Below, one piece after another: positions 13,211 to 28,711 of a DNA stretch of 64,000 nucleotides; the first letter of the stretch is position 1, and each line of letters opens with the position of its first letter. Source of the stretch: Octopus vulgaris. Lineage: Eukaryota. Below the pieces are notes generated by a model. It was not told the DNA's origin. It saw nothing but the letters and a program-made list of their open reading frames with translations, and did no database searches. The translations under genes were made by a program, and so were the position numbers. The stretch is taken from the NCBI GenBank assembly GCA_951406725.2, contig OX597831.1, positions 32,798,001 to 32,862,000 of the forward strand, given 5' to 3'.

Positions 13211-13240
13211 TATCATTATTATTATTATTATTATTATTAA

Positions 13241-13301
<61 letters not shown>

Positions 13302-13809
13302 GATAGTTTGATCGAATGGACGTCTGTATCGGAGTTCCACAAAATAGAAACTTTTAACCGGATTACCTTACCGGAAAAAAAAAAGTATATTTTTTTCCCC
13401 TTTAAGCTAGGCGGTTGATGTATTTTGTCTTGCAAATAACTTGTCTTGAGAGAATGCATGGATAAACTAGAGACATTTTGATTATAAAACATAGACAGAA
13501 ACTTTTAAATTAATTTCATATTTATTTATTGAGTTTGTCAAAAATTATCGTTGTACTTTTACGATCTTCTCATTGATGCCGGCCGGCTGTGACCTTTTAT
13601 TTTTAAGTTTTTGCACCCAGTACGGTAGTATATGTTGCAGTGCAGTGTGGTATATCATAGTGTGGTGAGGCTGCAGTGTAGGAAAAATTGTAGGGTGACC
13701 CTATTCGGGATGATGGTAAGTGGATGAGGTGAGATTTGGCGGTGAGACATTTTTTAATACTTAAATACATATAATATACATAAATATTTACGTATATTAT
13801 CTGTATATA

Positions 13810-14185
13810 GGAGTGACTGTGTGGTAAGTAGCTTGCTAACCAACCACATGGTTCAGTGTTCAGTCCCACTGCGTGGCATCTTGGGCAAGTGTCTTCTGCT
13901 ATAGCCCCGGGCCGACCAATGCCTTGTGAGTGGATTTGGTAGACGGAAACTGAAAGAAGCCTGTCGTATATATATATGTATGTTTGTGTGCCTGTGTTTG
14001 TCCCCCTAGCATTGCTTGACAACCGATGCTGGTGTGTTTATGTCCCCGTTACTTAGCGGTTCGGCAAAAGAGACCGATAGAATAAGTACTGGGCTTACAA
14101 AGAAGTCGATTTGCTCGACTAAAGGCGGTGCTCCAGCATGGCCGCAGTCAAAATGACTGAAACGAGTAAAAGAGTAAAAAAGAGT
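13810..14185 (+). mobile_element. tRNA-derived SINE, family B
   Basis: Head GTGTGGTAAGTAGCTTG..GTTCAGTCCC, internal TA/TG microsatellite, tail GGCGGTGCTCCAGCATGGCCGCAGTC..GACTGAAAC. Multiple copies in the window. Confidence 0.85.
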
Positions 14186-14220
14186 ATATATATTATTTGT
14201 TTCATTTATTAGAGCACGGC

Positions 14221-14282
<62 letters not shown>

Positions 14283-14355
14283 GTATATATATATGTATAT
14301 ATATGTATATATATATATATGTATATATATGTATATATATATATGTATATATATG

Positions 14356-14386
<31 letters not shown>

Positions 14387-14391
14387 GTATA

Positions 14392-14441
<50 letters not shown>

Positions 14442-14752
14442 CACACATATAATATAGGTAGCCGTTGTGGAATGAAATATGGCGACTGCTGTCTATATAT
14501 AATCACACATATATATATATATATAACCCCAACTGCCACTGCGAAGTAACTGGAGTAAATTTACGGATAACAACAGGAAACCTAAGCCGTGCCAGTGCTT
14601 TACTCATCATCTGTTTAGACATTTTGGATAATTTTTCCATTTTATATATAAATAATAATAATATTTTATAAGATTAAAGCCATCACCGCGCAATGACCAA
14701 AGGAAATAGTCTAATAATGGGACATATAAGCCCTCGACGGACAAAAAGTAGG

Positions 14753-14829
14753 ATTTCCGTACGCGTGGGCTCGAACCCACAACCCGCTGTTTATGCGATA
14801 GAGTGTGCTACCGATTACACTAGCGAACC
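14753..14829 (-). pseudogene. tRNA-like sequence (possibly Met/CAT-derived) followed by an oligo-T terminator
   Basis: Minus strand GGTTCGC-TA-GTGTAATCGGTAGCAC...CGCATAA...GTGGGTTCGAGCCCAC-GCGTACG, then TTTTT ~11 nt downstream. Acceptor and anticodon stems are mismatched and the T-loop is 1 nt short. Confidence 0.55.
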
Positions 14830-14961
14830 TACGTGCTTTTTCTGTTAGATTTAAGAACCATAACTAGTTCGTAGTTGTTTTTGTAAACAAACTATCGTGT
14901 GCTTTTTTACTGCGAATGGTTCTGTTAATTATGCCTATATATTTATGTAAATATATATCTA

Positions 14962-15072
<111 letters not shown>

Positions 15073-15110
15073 GTATAAAATGAAATCAAAAACAGAGCAC
15101 AAAGAATGTC

Positions 15111-15201
15111 GCGGTACACGTGTTTCAAGCTTTATAAACGACCTATTCTTACATCAGTGTATAATCGACATAAAGGATGGTTTAAAGCTCTCTTCAGCCG
15201 C
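15111..15201 (-). ncRNA. Type I hammerhead ribozyme, canonical core
   Basis: GCGG-CUGAAGA-GAGCUUUA...UAAAGCUU-GAAA-CACGUG-UA-CCGC. All three stems present, palindromic stem III, GUA cleavage triplet. Confidence 0.8.
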
Positions 15202-15460
15202 ATGCAATTGTTATATCAAAGACTTACATCACATTATGAAAAATCCGAAAGGTACAATTAGTGTTACCCATAATGATAGGTATATCAAGTCTCCCCGAGA
15301 AAGTGTATTTGTAAACTTTCATAATCAAATAGGTGTGTAGGGTATCATTGGATTTCGAAAAACCGTCCATACTGTATCACCAGTCAACATATAGTGAATG
15401 TTAAATATATGCATATATAAATATGTATATATATATACAATAGGCAGCAGTCATCATATT

Positions 15461-15546
15461 CATTCCTGATGAGCACAGGGTTACATAATCGGATTGTTAC
15501 CTACCACTCTGTTGAACTCCTAGTGAGAAACCGATTGGTAAAATTG
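15461..15546 (+). ncRNA. Hammerhead-like motif, degenerate
   Basis: CUGAUGA-GCACAGG...CCUAGUGA-GAAA-CCGAUUGG-UA. Stem I is weak. Confidence 0.5.
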
Positions 15547-15628
15547 GCCGTAATGGATATATAATACTGTACACTTTCGATCAGAATTTTGTACGGTATT
15601 ATCCTTACAATTCCAAAATAAGGTGATT

Positions 15629-17867
<2,239 letters not shown>

Positions 17868-18037
17868 ATTTGTAGAAAACACAAAAAGGAATCATTCATC
17901 ATCATCATCATCGTCAAGATTGCTTGCACATATTTGTAATCTACACAGGTTTTACACATGTTTGATATATTACGCACGTTTACGCATAAATATATGCGTA
18001 TATATGTTTACATATATTCACATTGGGATATATATAT

Positions 18038-18245
18038 AGTTAATCCAAACAAGAAAACAAAAAAACACAACAACGCAAGGACGTGGAACAAATAAAGTAT
18101 TATTGGACGCTCAGGAAAGAAGGGAAGAAGGAGGGTTTAACGTTTCGAGCGGAGCTCTTCGTCGGAAACATAGGAGAAGGAAAGATCCCGAGAAGGGAAG
18201 ACAGAGGAAAAAGTCGCCAGTGGTACTCACGAGGTCACATATTGA
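18038..18245 (-). mobile_element. Family H2 HHR-carrying repeat
   Basis: HHR at 18135-18169 (-): GUUU-CCGACGA-A-GAGC-UCC-GCUC-GAAAC-GUU-AAAC. Confidence 0.8.
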
Positions 18246-18318
18246 AAGACATATATATATGTGTGTGTGTGTTTGTGTGTTTGTGTGTGTGTGTGTGTGT
18301 GTAGATATATGTATAATG

Positions 18319-18612
18319 AAGGCGCGTGGTCCAGTGGTCAGAGTGTCACACTTACGATCGTTAGATGGTGGGTTCCATTCTCCGACTGAGCGGTACGTTA
18401 AATTTTTGAGCAAAGCGCTTTATTTTCCGTTACTCCAGTCCACTCGGCTGTAAGTGGGTTACACTCGGCGACCGACTGTCCTTTCCATCAAGATTTGTGT
18501 TGCCCCACCTGACTTGCCAGCGGATAGGCATCATTCGAAAGCTAAAACGATGCAAAGCGCATGCACATTATAAGCGATGTATAACAACATCCAAATGTCC
18601 AGTCGTTCACGT
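18319..18612 (+). mobile_element. tRNA-derived SINE, family C (diverged)
   Basis: Head GGCGCGTGGTCCAGTGGTCAGAGTG. Tail CATTCGAAAGCTAAAACGATGCAAAGCGCAT is shared with 20930, 46750(-) and 55795. Confidence 0.7.
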
Positions 18613-18620
18613 TATGTGTG

Positions 18621-18712
<92 letters not shown>

Positions 18713-19337
18713 ATTGTGCACGCGCACGCACTCGCGTGTGTGAATCGATATATATATTTGAATAAAAATACACCAATATCCCCAACAACCATTGTACAAA
18801 CACCAACGAAAGCTCTCTCTTTCCAAGTCGTTGGTCGGCAATAAGTCAAGATAGGAACCGTTTTCTCAGTGCAACTTCGCTGTTGAAATCGAACTTCAAA
18901 CCGCGTACTTGCGATGCTTGTTAAAGCAAACGTCCTAATCATACACACACTCACACAGAATGTTAGCCATACCAACACTGGTGGAGGTTACGTCGTTAGC
19001 TTAACATTGCTCCATATTTAATTATAAGAGGAAAGAGGAACTAGTCAATCATTCATGGCGATCTTCTCCGGCTCCTTCCATTTCCAACTCCTTCCTTTTC
19101 CAACTCAGTACATTCCACACAAGTCGCCAGGGAAAATCCCTGCAATATTATCACGACACGTTCTTCAATTCCCCTTCTGGGGGGTCAGTTTACTGAATAT
19201 ATTTATCAGATCGAGGCCACACTGCTTTGCTTATTCCTCGACGGCTTACTTCGTCTGTAATTCTCGCCACTCAATTGCTGCGGTCTTATCTTAGGAAGAG
19301 GAGGAGAAAGAGGGAGAGGAAGAGAAAGAAAGAGATG

Positions 19338-19382
<45 letters not shown>

Positions 19383-19385
19383 CAG

Positions 19386-19430
<45 letters not shown>

Positions 19431-19614
19431 GATAAACAGATAAATTTATATATATATATATATATATATGAATAAAGTGAGAGAAAAAGAGAGTGAAAAA
19501 GAGAGATATAGGTAGAAAATAGAAATCAAGATAGAAAGAGATTAATGATAAACAAAGTGTGTGTGAGAGAGAGAGAAAGAAGGAGACCGATAAGAGAGGA
19601 GGATGTGAAATTAC

Positions 19615-19756
19615 CTGCGTTTCCTCTCTCCATGTACCGCAAACGTTCAGTCGTTAAGACCGAAGAGGCTTCAGGTCTGATTTCCTTCAATCCGGACCAT
19701 GATTTTTCTTTATCTTCCATTTTCATCGTTTCCCTTCCCTCCACTAATAAACGGAA
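19615..19756 (-). CDS. Possible host exon (unverified)
   Basis: Unique sequence with an open frame FRLLVEGRETMKMEDKEKSWSGLKEIRPEASSVLTTERLRYMERGNA, a strong CAG|GTAATT donor at 19614 and an AG at 19757-19758 lacking a good pyrimidine tract. ATG at 19726. Confidence 0.2.
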
Positions 19757-19954
19757 CTGACCAAATATTTATATATTTATTTTTCTTTCTGTGTTTCCTA
19801 AGCTGACTTAAATACTTTTCACTTTGTCTCTTCTCCACAAACCACTTCCTGCAGGCGCCATATTTTCATATTCATAATCCTCACAGATCTTTCCATCTGC
19901 ACTAATAGGTTTCCTTACAATCTCTCACACGCCAAGCTGCGCCTCTCTACTGTG

Positions 19955-20033
<79 letters not shown>

Positions 20034-20044
20034 CTCTCTCACAC

Positions 20045-20690
20045 ACACACAATGCTGCAACTTACACTAACACACCACACTGTATTACGCATAACTCCAC
20101 TAAAATGTGTCACATTTCACTTTGCCGGACAATACTGCACTAGACAACAGTGCACCATACTGCAGTGCAAAATACATACAACACCATGCTGCACCATACT
20201 AAAACACACCTACAGCACCAAAGTGTTCTGTACTCCGACAGGCTGTACAAGAGCGTGCTGCACCGCTTCATGTTGAAACCCAGCTTGCTGCAGCGCTACA
20301 TTTTTGCATCAAACCACACAGTACCCCAAAATACTACACTAGAGTATGTGGCACCACATAATGCTGCAACACACCATGTTGCACCACTCCGTGCTGCATC
20401 ACTGCACGCTGCACCGCTGCATTCTATACCACTACATTATGCACCAAACCATCCTGCATTATATCATCCTAAACCTCCGCATGCTGCACCGCTGCGTTCT
20501 GCACCACACCATAATGCACATACTATACTGCACAGCTGCATTGTGCACCACATCATACTGCACCACATTATGCTGCACCACATTATGCTGCATCAATCAC
20601 GTTGCATTGCAGTGCGCTGCTTCACACCATACAACACTATATTTACACTGCGTTACATCACACTCTGAGGCACCTCACTCCACCACACAA
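20045..20690. repeat. Degenerate ~5-nt-period satellite (CACCA/TGCAC/CACTA)
   Basis: Recurrent ATGCTGCACC/GCACCACA words. Confidence 0.75.
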
Positions 20691-20774
20691 CAAGTATGTG
20701 TAAGTGTTTCTATACAGGCTAGTGTATATATCTATTTGAATATGTGTGTATATACTGGTGCGTGTGTATTGTTA

Positions 20775-21001
20775 GACATCCCATACCGGGCATGTTTATT
20801 GAGCGAAAAAAACACCTTAAAACTCCACGATGCTCCGGCAGGGGGTGGTGATCCCTGCTGTACTCTTTCACCACTCTTTCTCTCACTCTTTCTTCTATTG
20901 GCCTGCTCGCTTAGCCAGCGGGGTGGCGTCATTCGAAGGCTAAAACAATGCGAACGCATTGTGACCAGCGATGTGTAACAACATCTGATGGTCTGGTCGG
21001 T

Positions 21002-21008
<7 letters not shown>
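20775..21008 (+). mobile_element. 5'-truncated SINE with a family D middle and a family C tail
   Basis: GAGCGAAA..CACC..CTCCACG..CTGCTG..ACTCTTTC matches the 52935 element; the 3' part matches 18540 and 46720. Confidence 0.7.
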
Positions 21009-21078
<70 letters not shown>

Positions 21079-21101
21079 CATGCATTATATAGTACAAAAA
21101 T

Positions 21102-21310
21102 GTGGTGAGCTGGCAGAAACGTTAGCACGCTGGGCGAAATGCTTAGCGGTATTTTGTCTGCCGTTACGTTCTGAGTTCAAATTCCGCCGTGCAACTTTGC
21201 CTTTCATCCTTTCGGGGTCGATATATTAAGTTCCAGTGGAACACTAGGGTTGATGCAATCGACTAGTTCCCTCGACCCAAACTTCAGGCCTTGTGCCCTT
21301 AGTACAAATG
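21102..21310 (+). mobile_element. SINE-A, short-tail form
   Basis: GGTGAGCTGGCAGAAACGTTAGC...GAGTTCAAATTCC...GGCCTTGTGCC. Confidence 0.85.
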
Positions 21311-22048
21311 ATTATATAATACAATGTGCGAGTACATTGGCGTATGTGTATATAATCCCAATAAAGCAGGATGTCCTGTCCTACTTCGTATGCAGAAATG
21401 AGTGTAGTCTGTGAAATGATGATTCTACGAAAACTCAGAAGCATTCTATTTCCCAACGATCATTGATTGGAGAAAGTAATCACTCTTTGTGTGCAAAAAA
21501 AGAAAAAAAAAATCGGTTCTGATCTGCTCTCCGTGTGTTAGCCTGTATAAGAGAAGGTTTGTTCTGTTGGCGACAGTGCGAGTGTAGAAAAAGAAAGCAA
21601 TGTGTGACAGTGATCAGATGTAAATGCTATGTAAATGTAGCAAACTAATCGTTGATTCAGTGATGGAAATTTATTTATTTCATGGAGATCTAACTGCTAT
21701 TTCTAGTTGTAGCGCTAGCGGGAATTTTTGCGACAATAGTAACGATGATAGTAACAGTAGCGATGATGTTGGTGGTGAAGTATTTTGCGACAATAAAAAT
21801 GAAAACTGTGCGGAGAAGGCGGTGGTGATGGTGGTGATGGTGTGAGTGATGATAATGGTGATGATGACGTTGGTAGTAGCAACAGCAATATTGTTCTGAC
21901 GGTGGTTGTCGAGTCGGAGGTGGCAACAATGAGATAGCTCCATACGGATGGGGAGGTAGGCACACAAACACACACATCGATATAGACGGTAGGATAGTGC
22001 TTGTGTATGCCTGGGTCTATGTATGTACACATATATGTGTGTGTGTTG

Positions 22049-22079
<31 letters not shown>

Positions 22080-22240
22080 ATATGTGTGTGTATATAATAT
22101 TAAATTTTTCACTGAAAAGATTGTCAGTGACTTCGAAGTTTCAGCTTCTTCGTCTTCATCAAACTGATATATATATAGATAAAAACGGTAAGACAACAAA
22201 AGAAGGAAAGAGACCTCGATATGATACAAATAGAGGAATT

Positions 22241-22478
22241 TATCTGTAAAAGTAATATGTGACAATTATTCGGTACCCATGATAAAACTCCGAGTTTCAG
22301 ATGCCGAGGTGGAAATCCACGACGCCATCTCTTCAGTTATTCGGCCATCGGAATTTTTCATAGCATTTTTCCGATGGTCGGATAACTGAAGAGATGGCGT
22401 CGTGGATTTCCACCTCGGCATCTGAAACTCGGAGTTTTATCATGGGTACCGAATAATTGTCACATATTACTTTTACAG

Positions 22479-22481
<3 letters not shown>
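22241..22481. repeat. Near-perfect 113-bp-arm fold-back with an HHR in each arm
   Basis: 22241-22353 is the reverse complement of 22369-22481 with 2 mismatches. Confidence 0.95.
22381..22441 (+). ncRNA. Type I hammerhead-like ribozyme (family H7); mirror copy at 22281-22341 (-)
   Basis: GAUAA-CUGAAGA-GAUG...CAUC-U-GAAA-CUCGGAG-UU-UUAUC. Confidence 0.7.
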
Positions 22482-22509
<28 letters not shown>

Positions 22510-23805
22510 TGTATGTATGTATGTATGTATGTATGTATGTATGTATGTATGTATGTATGTATGTATGTATGTATGTATATATGTATATATAAGAGGTATA
22601 TGTATGGATATATGTATGTGTGTGTGTTTGTGTGTGTGTTTGTGTGTGTGCGCGTGTGTATATGTGTGTGTCTTCCAATCGGGAGAAAAGCTGCGAAAGT
22701 GACTCGAGGATGGAGAGTTTCGTGCATAGCGCTTACCAAAGTGTTATACGCACCCATAATATACAAAGAGAAAGAGAGAGGGTAAGACAGGTAGATATAG
22801 ATAGATAGAGAGGGTGACAGGGAGAGAGAGATGGGCGAGGGAGAGAGGGAGAGAGAGAGGAGTGGTGGTGGGAATGGATTAATTTTTTTTCCTCCTTTTT
22901 ATATTTCCCAGACAGCATCTGATAACAGATCATGGCACCTTAGCATTATCGACATCTTAACCAAATTTCAATTCCTTCTGTTTATCGCTGGACCCCTCCC
23001 CCCGGCTCAAACCCCAACATATTCGTCCCACCCGTCCCCCTGCTCCTAATTCTATACTGGCGACCATTCCTTCTTGTCATTGTCGCCGTCGCTCTTCTTC
23101 TTCTTCTTCTTCTTCTTCTTCTTCTTCTTCTTCTTCTTCTTCTTCTTCTTCTCCTCCTCCTCCTCCTCCTTCTTCTTCTTCTTCTTCTTCTTCTTCTTCT
23201 TCTTCTTCTTCTTCTTCTTCGTGTTGGCCCACGTTCACACTTGGTTGTCTTTACCTTCTGGCAGAATATTCTGGAATAAACAAACAAACAAACAAACAAA
23301 TAAATATAGTAACTTCCCATCCCTCATCCCAAGCCCTGACTCTAACCCCTGCAACACTCACACAACTTTTTGAAAAAATGCTACCTACTACCACCACCAC
23401 CACCAAAAAAAAAAAAGAAAGAAATTGCGAAACATGAATGCAAGAATGAATGAATGATGATGATGAAGAGGAGGAGGAGTAGGAGGATAAGGAGAAAGAT
23501 GATAACACCAACAACAACGACAACAACAATATTAATAATAATAATAATGATAATAATTTCATTTATTTGCCACATGGATGAAAAAATAGTAATAAAAATA
23601 ACTAGTGAAACCCGTGGAAATTCCATGATGTAACTCAGCATGTTAGAAAGCTGTGTGTTAATGTATTAAACGCCATTTATGAATTTCCAAAGAAATTCTT
23701 TTGAAATGCTTCCATTGAACCAAAATTGTACTTTCAAATAGAATCGAAAACAACTAAGGAAGTATTGTTTATTTACCATCTTTTAATATGGCAGGCAAAT
23801 CTGTA

Positions 23806-24702
23806 AAGCGGCGAGCTGGCAGAATCGTTAGCACGCCGGACGAAATGCGTAGCTGGATTTCGTCTGCTGCTACGTTCTGAGTCGAGGTCGACTTTGCCTT
23901 TCATCCTTTCGGGGTCGATAAATTAAGCACCAGTTACGCACTGGGGTCGACGTAATCGACTTAATCCGTTTGTCTGTCCTTGTTTGTCCCCTCTGTCTGT
24001 AGCCCCTTGTGGGTAGTAAAGAAATAGGTATTTCGTCTGCTGTTACATCCTGAGTTCAAACTCCGCCAAGGTTGATTTTGCCTTTCATCCTTTCGGTGTC
24101 GATAACATAAGTATCAGTTGTGTACTGGGTTGAACTAATCGACTGGCTCCCCCTCCCACAAAATTTCGGGCCTTGTGCCTAGAGCAGAAAAGAATATGTT
24201 TGGCAGACACGTTAGGACGCCGGACTAAAATGCTTAGCGGCATTTCGTCCATCCGTCTTTAGTTTCTGAGTTCAAATTCCGCCAAGGTCGACTTTGCCTT
24301 TCATCCTTTCCAGGTCGATAAAATAAGTACCAGTTTATATATATATATTTATTTATTTTTCTTTGTAGTTAGATCGTATGTGATCTTGCGGGCAAGACAG
24401 ATAAAATGATGAAAGGCAAAATCGACCTTGGCGGAGTTTGAACTCAGGATGTAACAGCAGACAAAATACCTATTTCTTTATTACGCACAAGGGACTAAAT
24501 ACATAGAGGACAAACAAGGACAGACAAACGGATTAAGTCGATTACATCGACCCCAGTGCGTAACTGGTACTTAATTTATCTACCCCAAAAGGATGAAAGG
24601 CAAAAATCAACCTCGGCGGAATTTGAACTCAGAACGTAATGGCAGACGAATACGGCTACGCATTTCGCCCGGCGCACTAACGTTTCTGCCAGCTCCCCGC
24701 CC
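23806..24702. mobile_element. SINE-A cluster: + chain 23806-24335 facing - chain 24408-24702
   Basis: Family A heads and cores; oppositely oriented copies ~70 bp apart. Confidence 0.88.
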
Positions 24703-25117
24703 TACACACATAATAATATTGTATTTTGCATTCTATCCAAAATAACAAAGCTTCTTCCATTGTTTCCAACCTTTTAAAAGTTAATAGCAGTTCGAGCGAT
24801 CATTCAAGCTCACAAGATTTTCGCCATCATTTTTGAAAATCGTTCTAAAAATTACTCGTATATATTAAATTGTTTCCTAATTTTTGACAAATACTTTCCA
24901 GTTTGAAACCCATTCAATATATTACTTGTCATGTAACTCTTTTGACAACAATACGTCTGAGACCACTCACGGTTCTGTGATGCCATCTTCATATTTTTAA
25001 GCGATCCTAATTAAACTCTTCCATCGAAATTTCGTATTAATTTATGTTCCAAACACCTGCTTAAGAATGAGAAAGTCGTTTTACTTCATTATTTTGCTTC
25101 AATATTTAAAAATCGAA

Positions 25118-25722
25118 AGGCGGCGAGCTGGCAGAATCGCTAGCACGCCGGCCGGATTGCTTAGTAGTATTTCGGCTGCCGTTATGTTCTGAGTTCAAAT
25201 TCCGCCGAGGTCAACTTTGCCTTTAAAACTTTTGGGGGTCGATAAATTAAATACCAGTTGCGTACTGGGATCGATCTAATCGACTGGTCACTTCCCCAAA
25301 AATTTCGGGCTTTGTGCTTAGAGTAGAAAAGAATATTTTAATAGGGCGGCGAGCTGGCAGAATAGTTAGCACGCCGGGCGAAATGCTTAGCAGTATTTCG
25401 TCTGCCGTTACGTTCTGAGTTCAAATTCCGCCGAAGTCGACTTTAGATTTCATCCTTTTGTGGGTCGATAAATTAAGTACCAGTTACGCACTGGGGTCGA
25501 TGTAATCGACTTAATCCGTTTGTATATCCATGTTTGTCCCCTCTATGATTAGCCCCTTGTGGGCAATATGGAAATAAGAAACGTTAGCACGCCGGGCGAA
25601 ATGCTTAGCAGTATTTCGTCTGCCGTTACGTTCTGAGTTCAAATTCCGCCGAGGTCGACTTTGCCTTTCATCCTGATCGACTGGCCCCCAGAACTTTCGG
25701 GCCTTGTACCTAGAGTAGAATA
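25118..25722 (+). mobile_element. Three tandem SINE-A units
   Basis: Heads at ~25119 and ~25344, partial head at ~25577. Confidence 0.88.
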
Positions 25723-25784
25723 TTTCGTAACATTCACGCATCCACGCATGTCTCTGCATGTACGATAGTATAATGCGATGCATG

Positions 25785-25970
25785 TATTTGTTTACTCGTT
25801 TCAGTCATTAGACTGCGGCCATGTTGGAGCAACACCTTGAAGAATTTTTAGTCGAATGAATCAACCTCCAGTTGCTTTTAAGCCGGGTAATTATTCTATT
25901 AGGGTTTTTTTGCCGAACTGCTAAGTTACGCGGACGTAAACACACCAACACCGGTTGTCAAGCGGTGGTC
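25785..25970 (-). mobile_element. SINE-B 3' fragment
   Basis: TTTCAGTCATTAGACTGCGGCCATGTTGGAGC...GGACGTAAACACACCAACACCGGTTGTCAAGCG. Confidence 0.75.
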
Positions 25971-26344
25971 TCTCTCACACACACACACACTTCTGTGCTT
26001 GTATGTGGGTACACGCACATAAATGTGTGTGTGTGTGTGTGCATCCGTGTCTCAGTGTCTGCATGGGTGTGTCTGCGCATGTGCATGTGAGGAGGTGTGT
26101 GAATCTAGTGCTTGTGTCACAGCGCTGTTGAAAGCGACTCAGGTCGTCTGTCATGTCACCAAATGGCGGATGTTTTACAAGCTCTTTGTTCGGGAAGGTT
26201 GTAAAAGTCTCCTGTGAGGCGTCTGAAGTCATAGCGTATATCATTTCAAATCTCTAACAACACGTTCCAACGCCTGCCTCTGTACGCTCACCACATATAT
26301 ATACATATATATACATATACATTTATATATATATATATATGTGC

Positions 26345-26476
<132 letters not shown>

Positions 26477-26959
26477 ACGTTGACATGTGTGTTTATGTTA
26501 AACTATTTATCCCTTACATCTCCAATATATCTCGGGTCCTACACGTTTTTTCCCCTTATATCTTTCACAGTTTATCGCTATACACCGAGAAATTTCTGTC
26601 GCCTCGTACCTCTCCCTCCATTTTCTTCTCCCACCTTCTGCCGCCTCACATCAAGACCGGCATCACTCTCTCCCTTGCCATTTTCACTCTTTTTCTTGTT
26701 TTTCTTTTATTCCTTCACCTCTTAACTCACCAGGATCTTTCTCTGTTTTCCTCTCTGTCTCTCTCTTTCTTTATTTCTCAATTAGGATTTGCCCCTACTC
26801 TCCACTGCTCGCCTCCCCCTCTCTTACATCATCGCTCCACCTCTCACCTCTGGAAAGTTTTTTTGTTTAATTCTCTTACTCTTACTCTTCTTTCTCCCCT
26901 CCTTTACTTCTATGTGAATATTTACCATTGACCCTCATATATATATATATATATAAAGA

Positions 26960-26998
<39 letters not shown>

Positions 26999-27128
26999 GT
27001 TTGTGAGGGTGTGTGTATATATATATATACGAATGTGTATACCAGTTTGTGTGTATATAATTAGATGCGTATTTGTCACTATCTATTTATCTACCTGCCT
27101 TCCTTTATTTACACACACACACACACAT

Positions 27129-27181
<53 letters not shown>

Positions 27182-27213
27182 TATATATAAGATGAAATAT
27201 ATATATGCATAAA

Positions 27214-27244
<31 letters not shown>

Positions 27245-28636
27245 CACATAATACATATACATACATATATATACACATACATACACATATATACGTATAT
27301 ATATGTACGTATATACATACCTATCTCTTATATAACATCTACTCTATCACATTACATCAGTCACCTCTAACCTCATGCTGCTAACCTCTCACACTTGTGC
27401 CCCTCAGTTCCCTCCCACACATCTCTCACCTTTCATATCCGCCCCCTACCCCCGCCACCACAACCACTACCACCACCACCACCACCATCGCGCTCCCTAA
27501 ATCTCTCCCTCACTCTCCGCCCCGCCCCACCCAGCCCCATTTCCATATTTCGCTCGACCCAACCCTCTCTACCCAAAACAACATGATACACCCAAATTTC
27601 TCACCTTTAACCCTACCACCACCGCCGCCGCCACCACCACCACCAGCGCATTCGCCCCACCCCACCCTACCCCCACCACTGAACCGCTGCTATCAGCAGC
27701 ACCACCACCATCACCACCACCGCCGCCGCCTACGTCGCCACCGCCACCACCACCATTACTACCGCCACCCTCTTAAGTTTGTATTTCTTTGTGTCTTCGT
27801 TTCTCCCGGGTCTCTTGCCTGATTGGCTGGTGGCGGTTTCACACCCGCTTAAGCCCTCACTCACCCGCTTTAGTGGCAGCAGTAGCAGTAGCGGTGGTAG
27901 TGGCGGCGGTTGCAGTGGTAGTATCGAGAGGTGTCATGCAGGTACGCTTCTGTTTGGTCGTGGTGGTTGCGGTGGTAGTAACAGAGGTTGTAAACTGGTG
28001 GTTGTGATGGTGTTAGGAATGGTTGTAGTGATTCTTGTGGTAGTGGTGGTCGTGGTGATTCTATTAGTTGTGGTGGGAGTGGTGCTAACATAGCAGTAGT
28101 AGTAGTAGTAGTAGTATAGTAGTAGTAGTAGTAGTTGTAGTAGCGGTTTTAGTAGTAGTGGTGGTGGTTGTGATGGTAGTGATGATCGTCGTGGTGTTGT
28201 TGTGGTGGTAGTGATTTGCAGCTGTAGAAAATGTAGCATTGGCGGTGGTAGTTGTGGTAAAGTTGGCTGTAGTGGTTAGTGCAGGGGTCGTTGTTGTGGT
28301 GTTTGTTGTGGCCCACGTTGAGGGTGGATTAAGAAAAATCAACCCCACACACCCTACACCCAATGTGGGTCGCAGTGGGATTTGAACTCGGAATGTATAG
28401 AACCGCACCAAACGACGCCACAAAATATCACGACTGACCCTCTGACGTTCCTATCATTCCGCGACGGTGTGAATGTCAAAGTTGGCCTCGGCGCACCACC
28501 ACCACCATCACCGCCACCGCCGCCGCCGCCGCTGCCGCCAATACCACCACTACGACGACAACGACGACGACGACGACGACCACCACCACCACCGCAATAA
28601 CCATCATCTGCATCATCATCATCATCATCATCGGCG

Positions 28637-28711
<75 letters not shown>

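Noticed and set aside
20150-20978. His-rich ORFs
   Set aside because: They derive from a degenerate pentamer satellite and run into a SINE.
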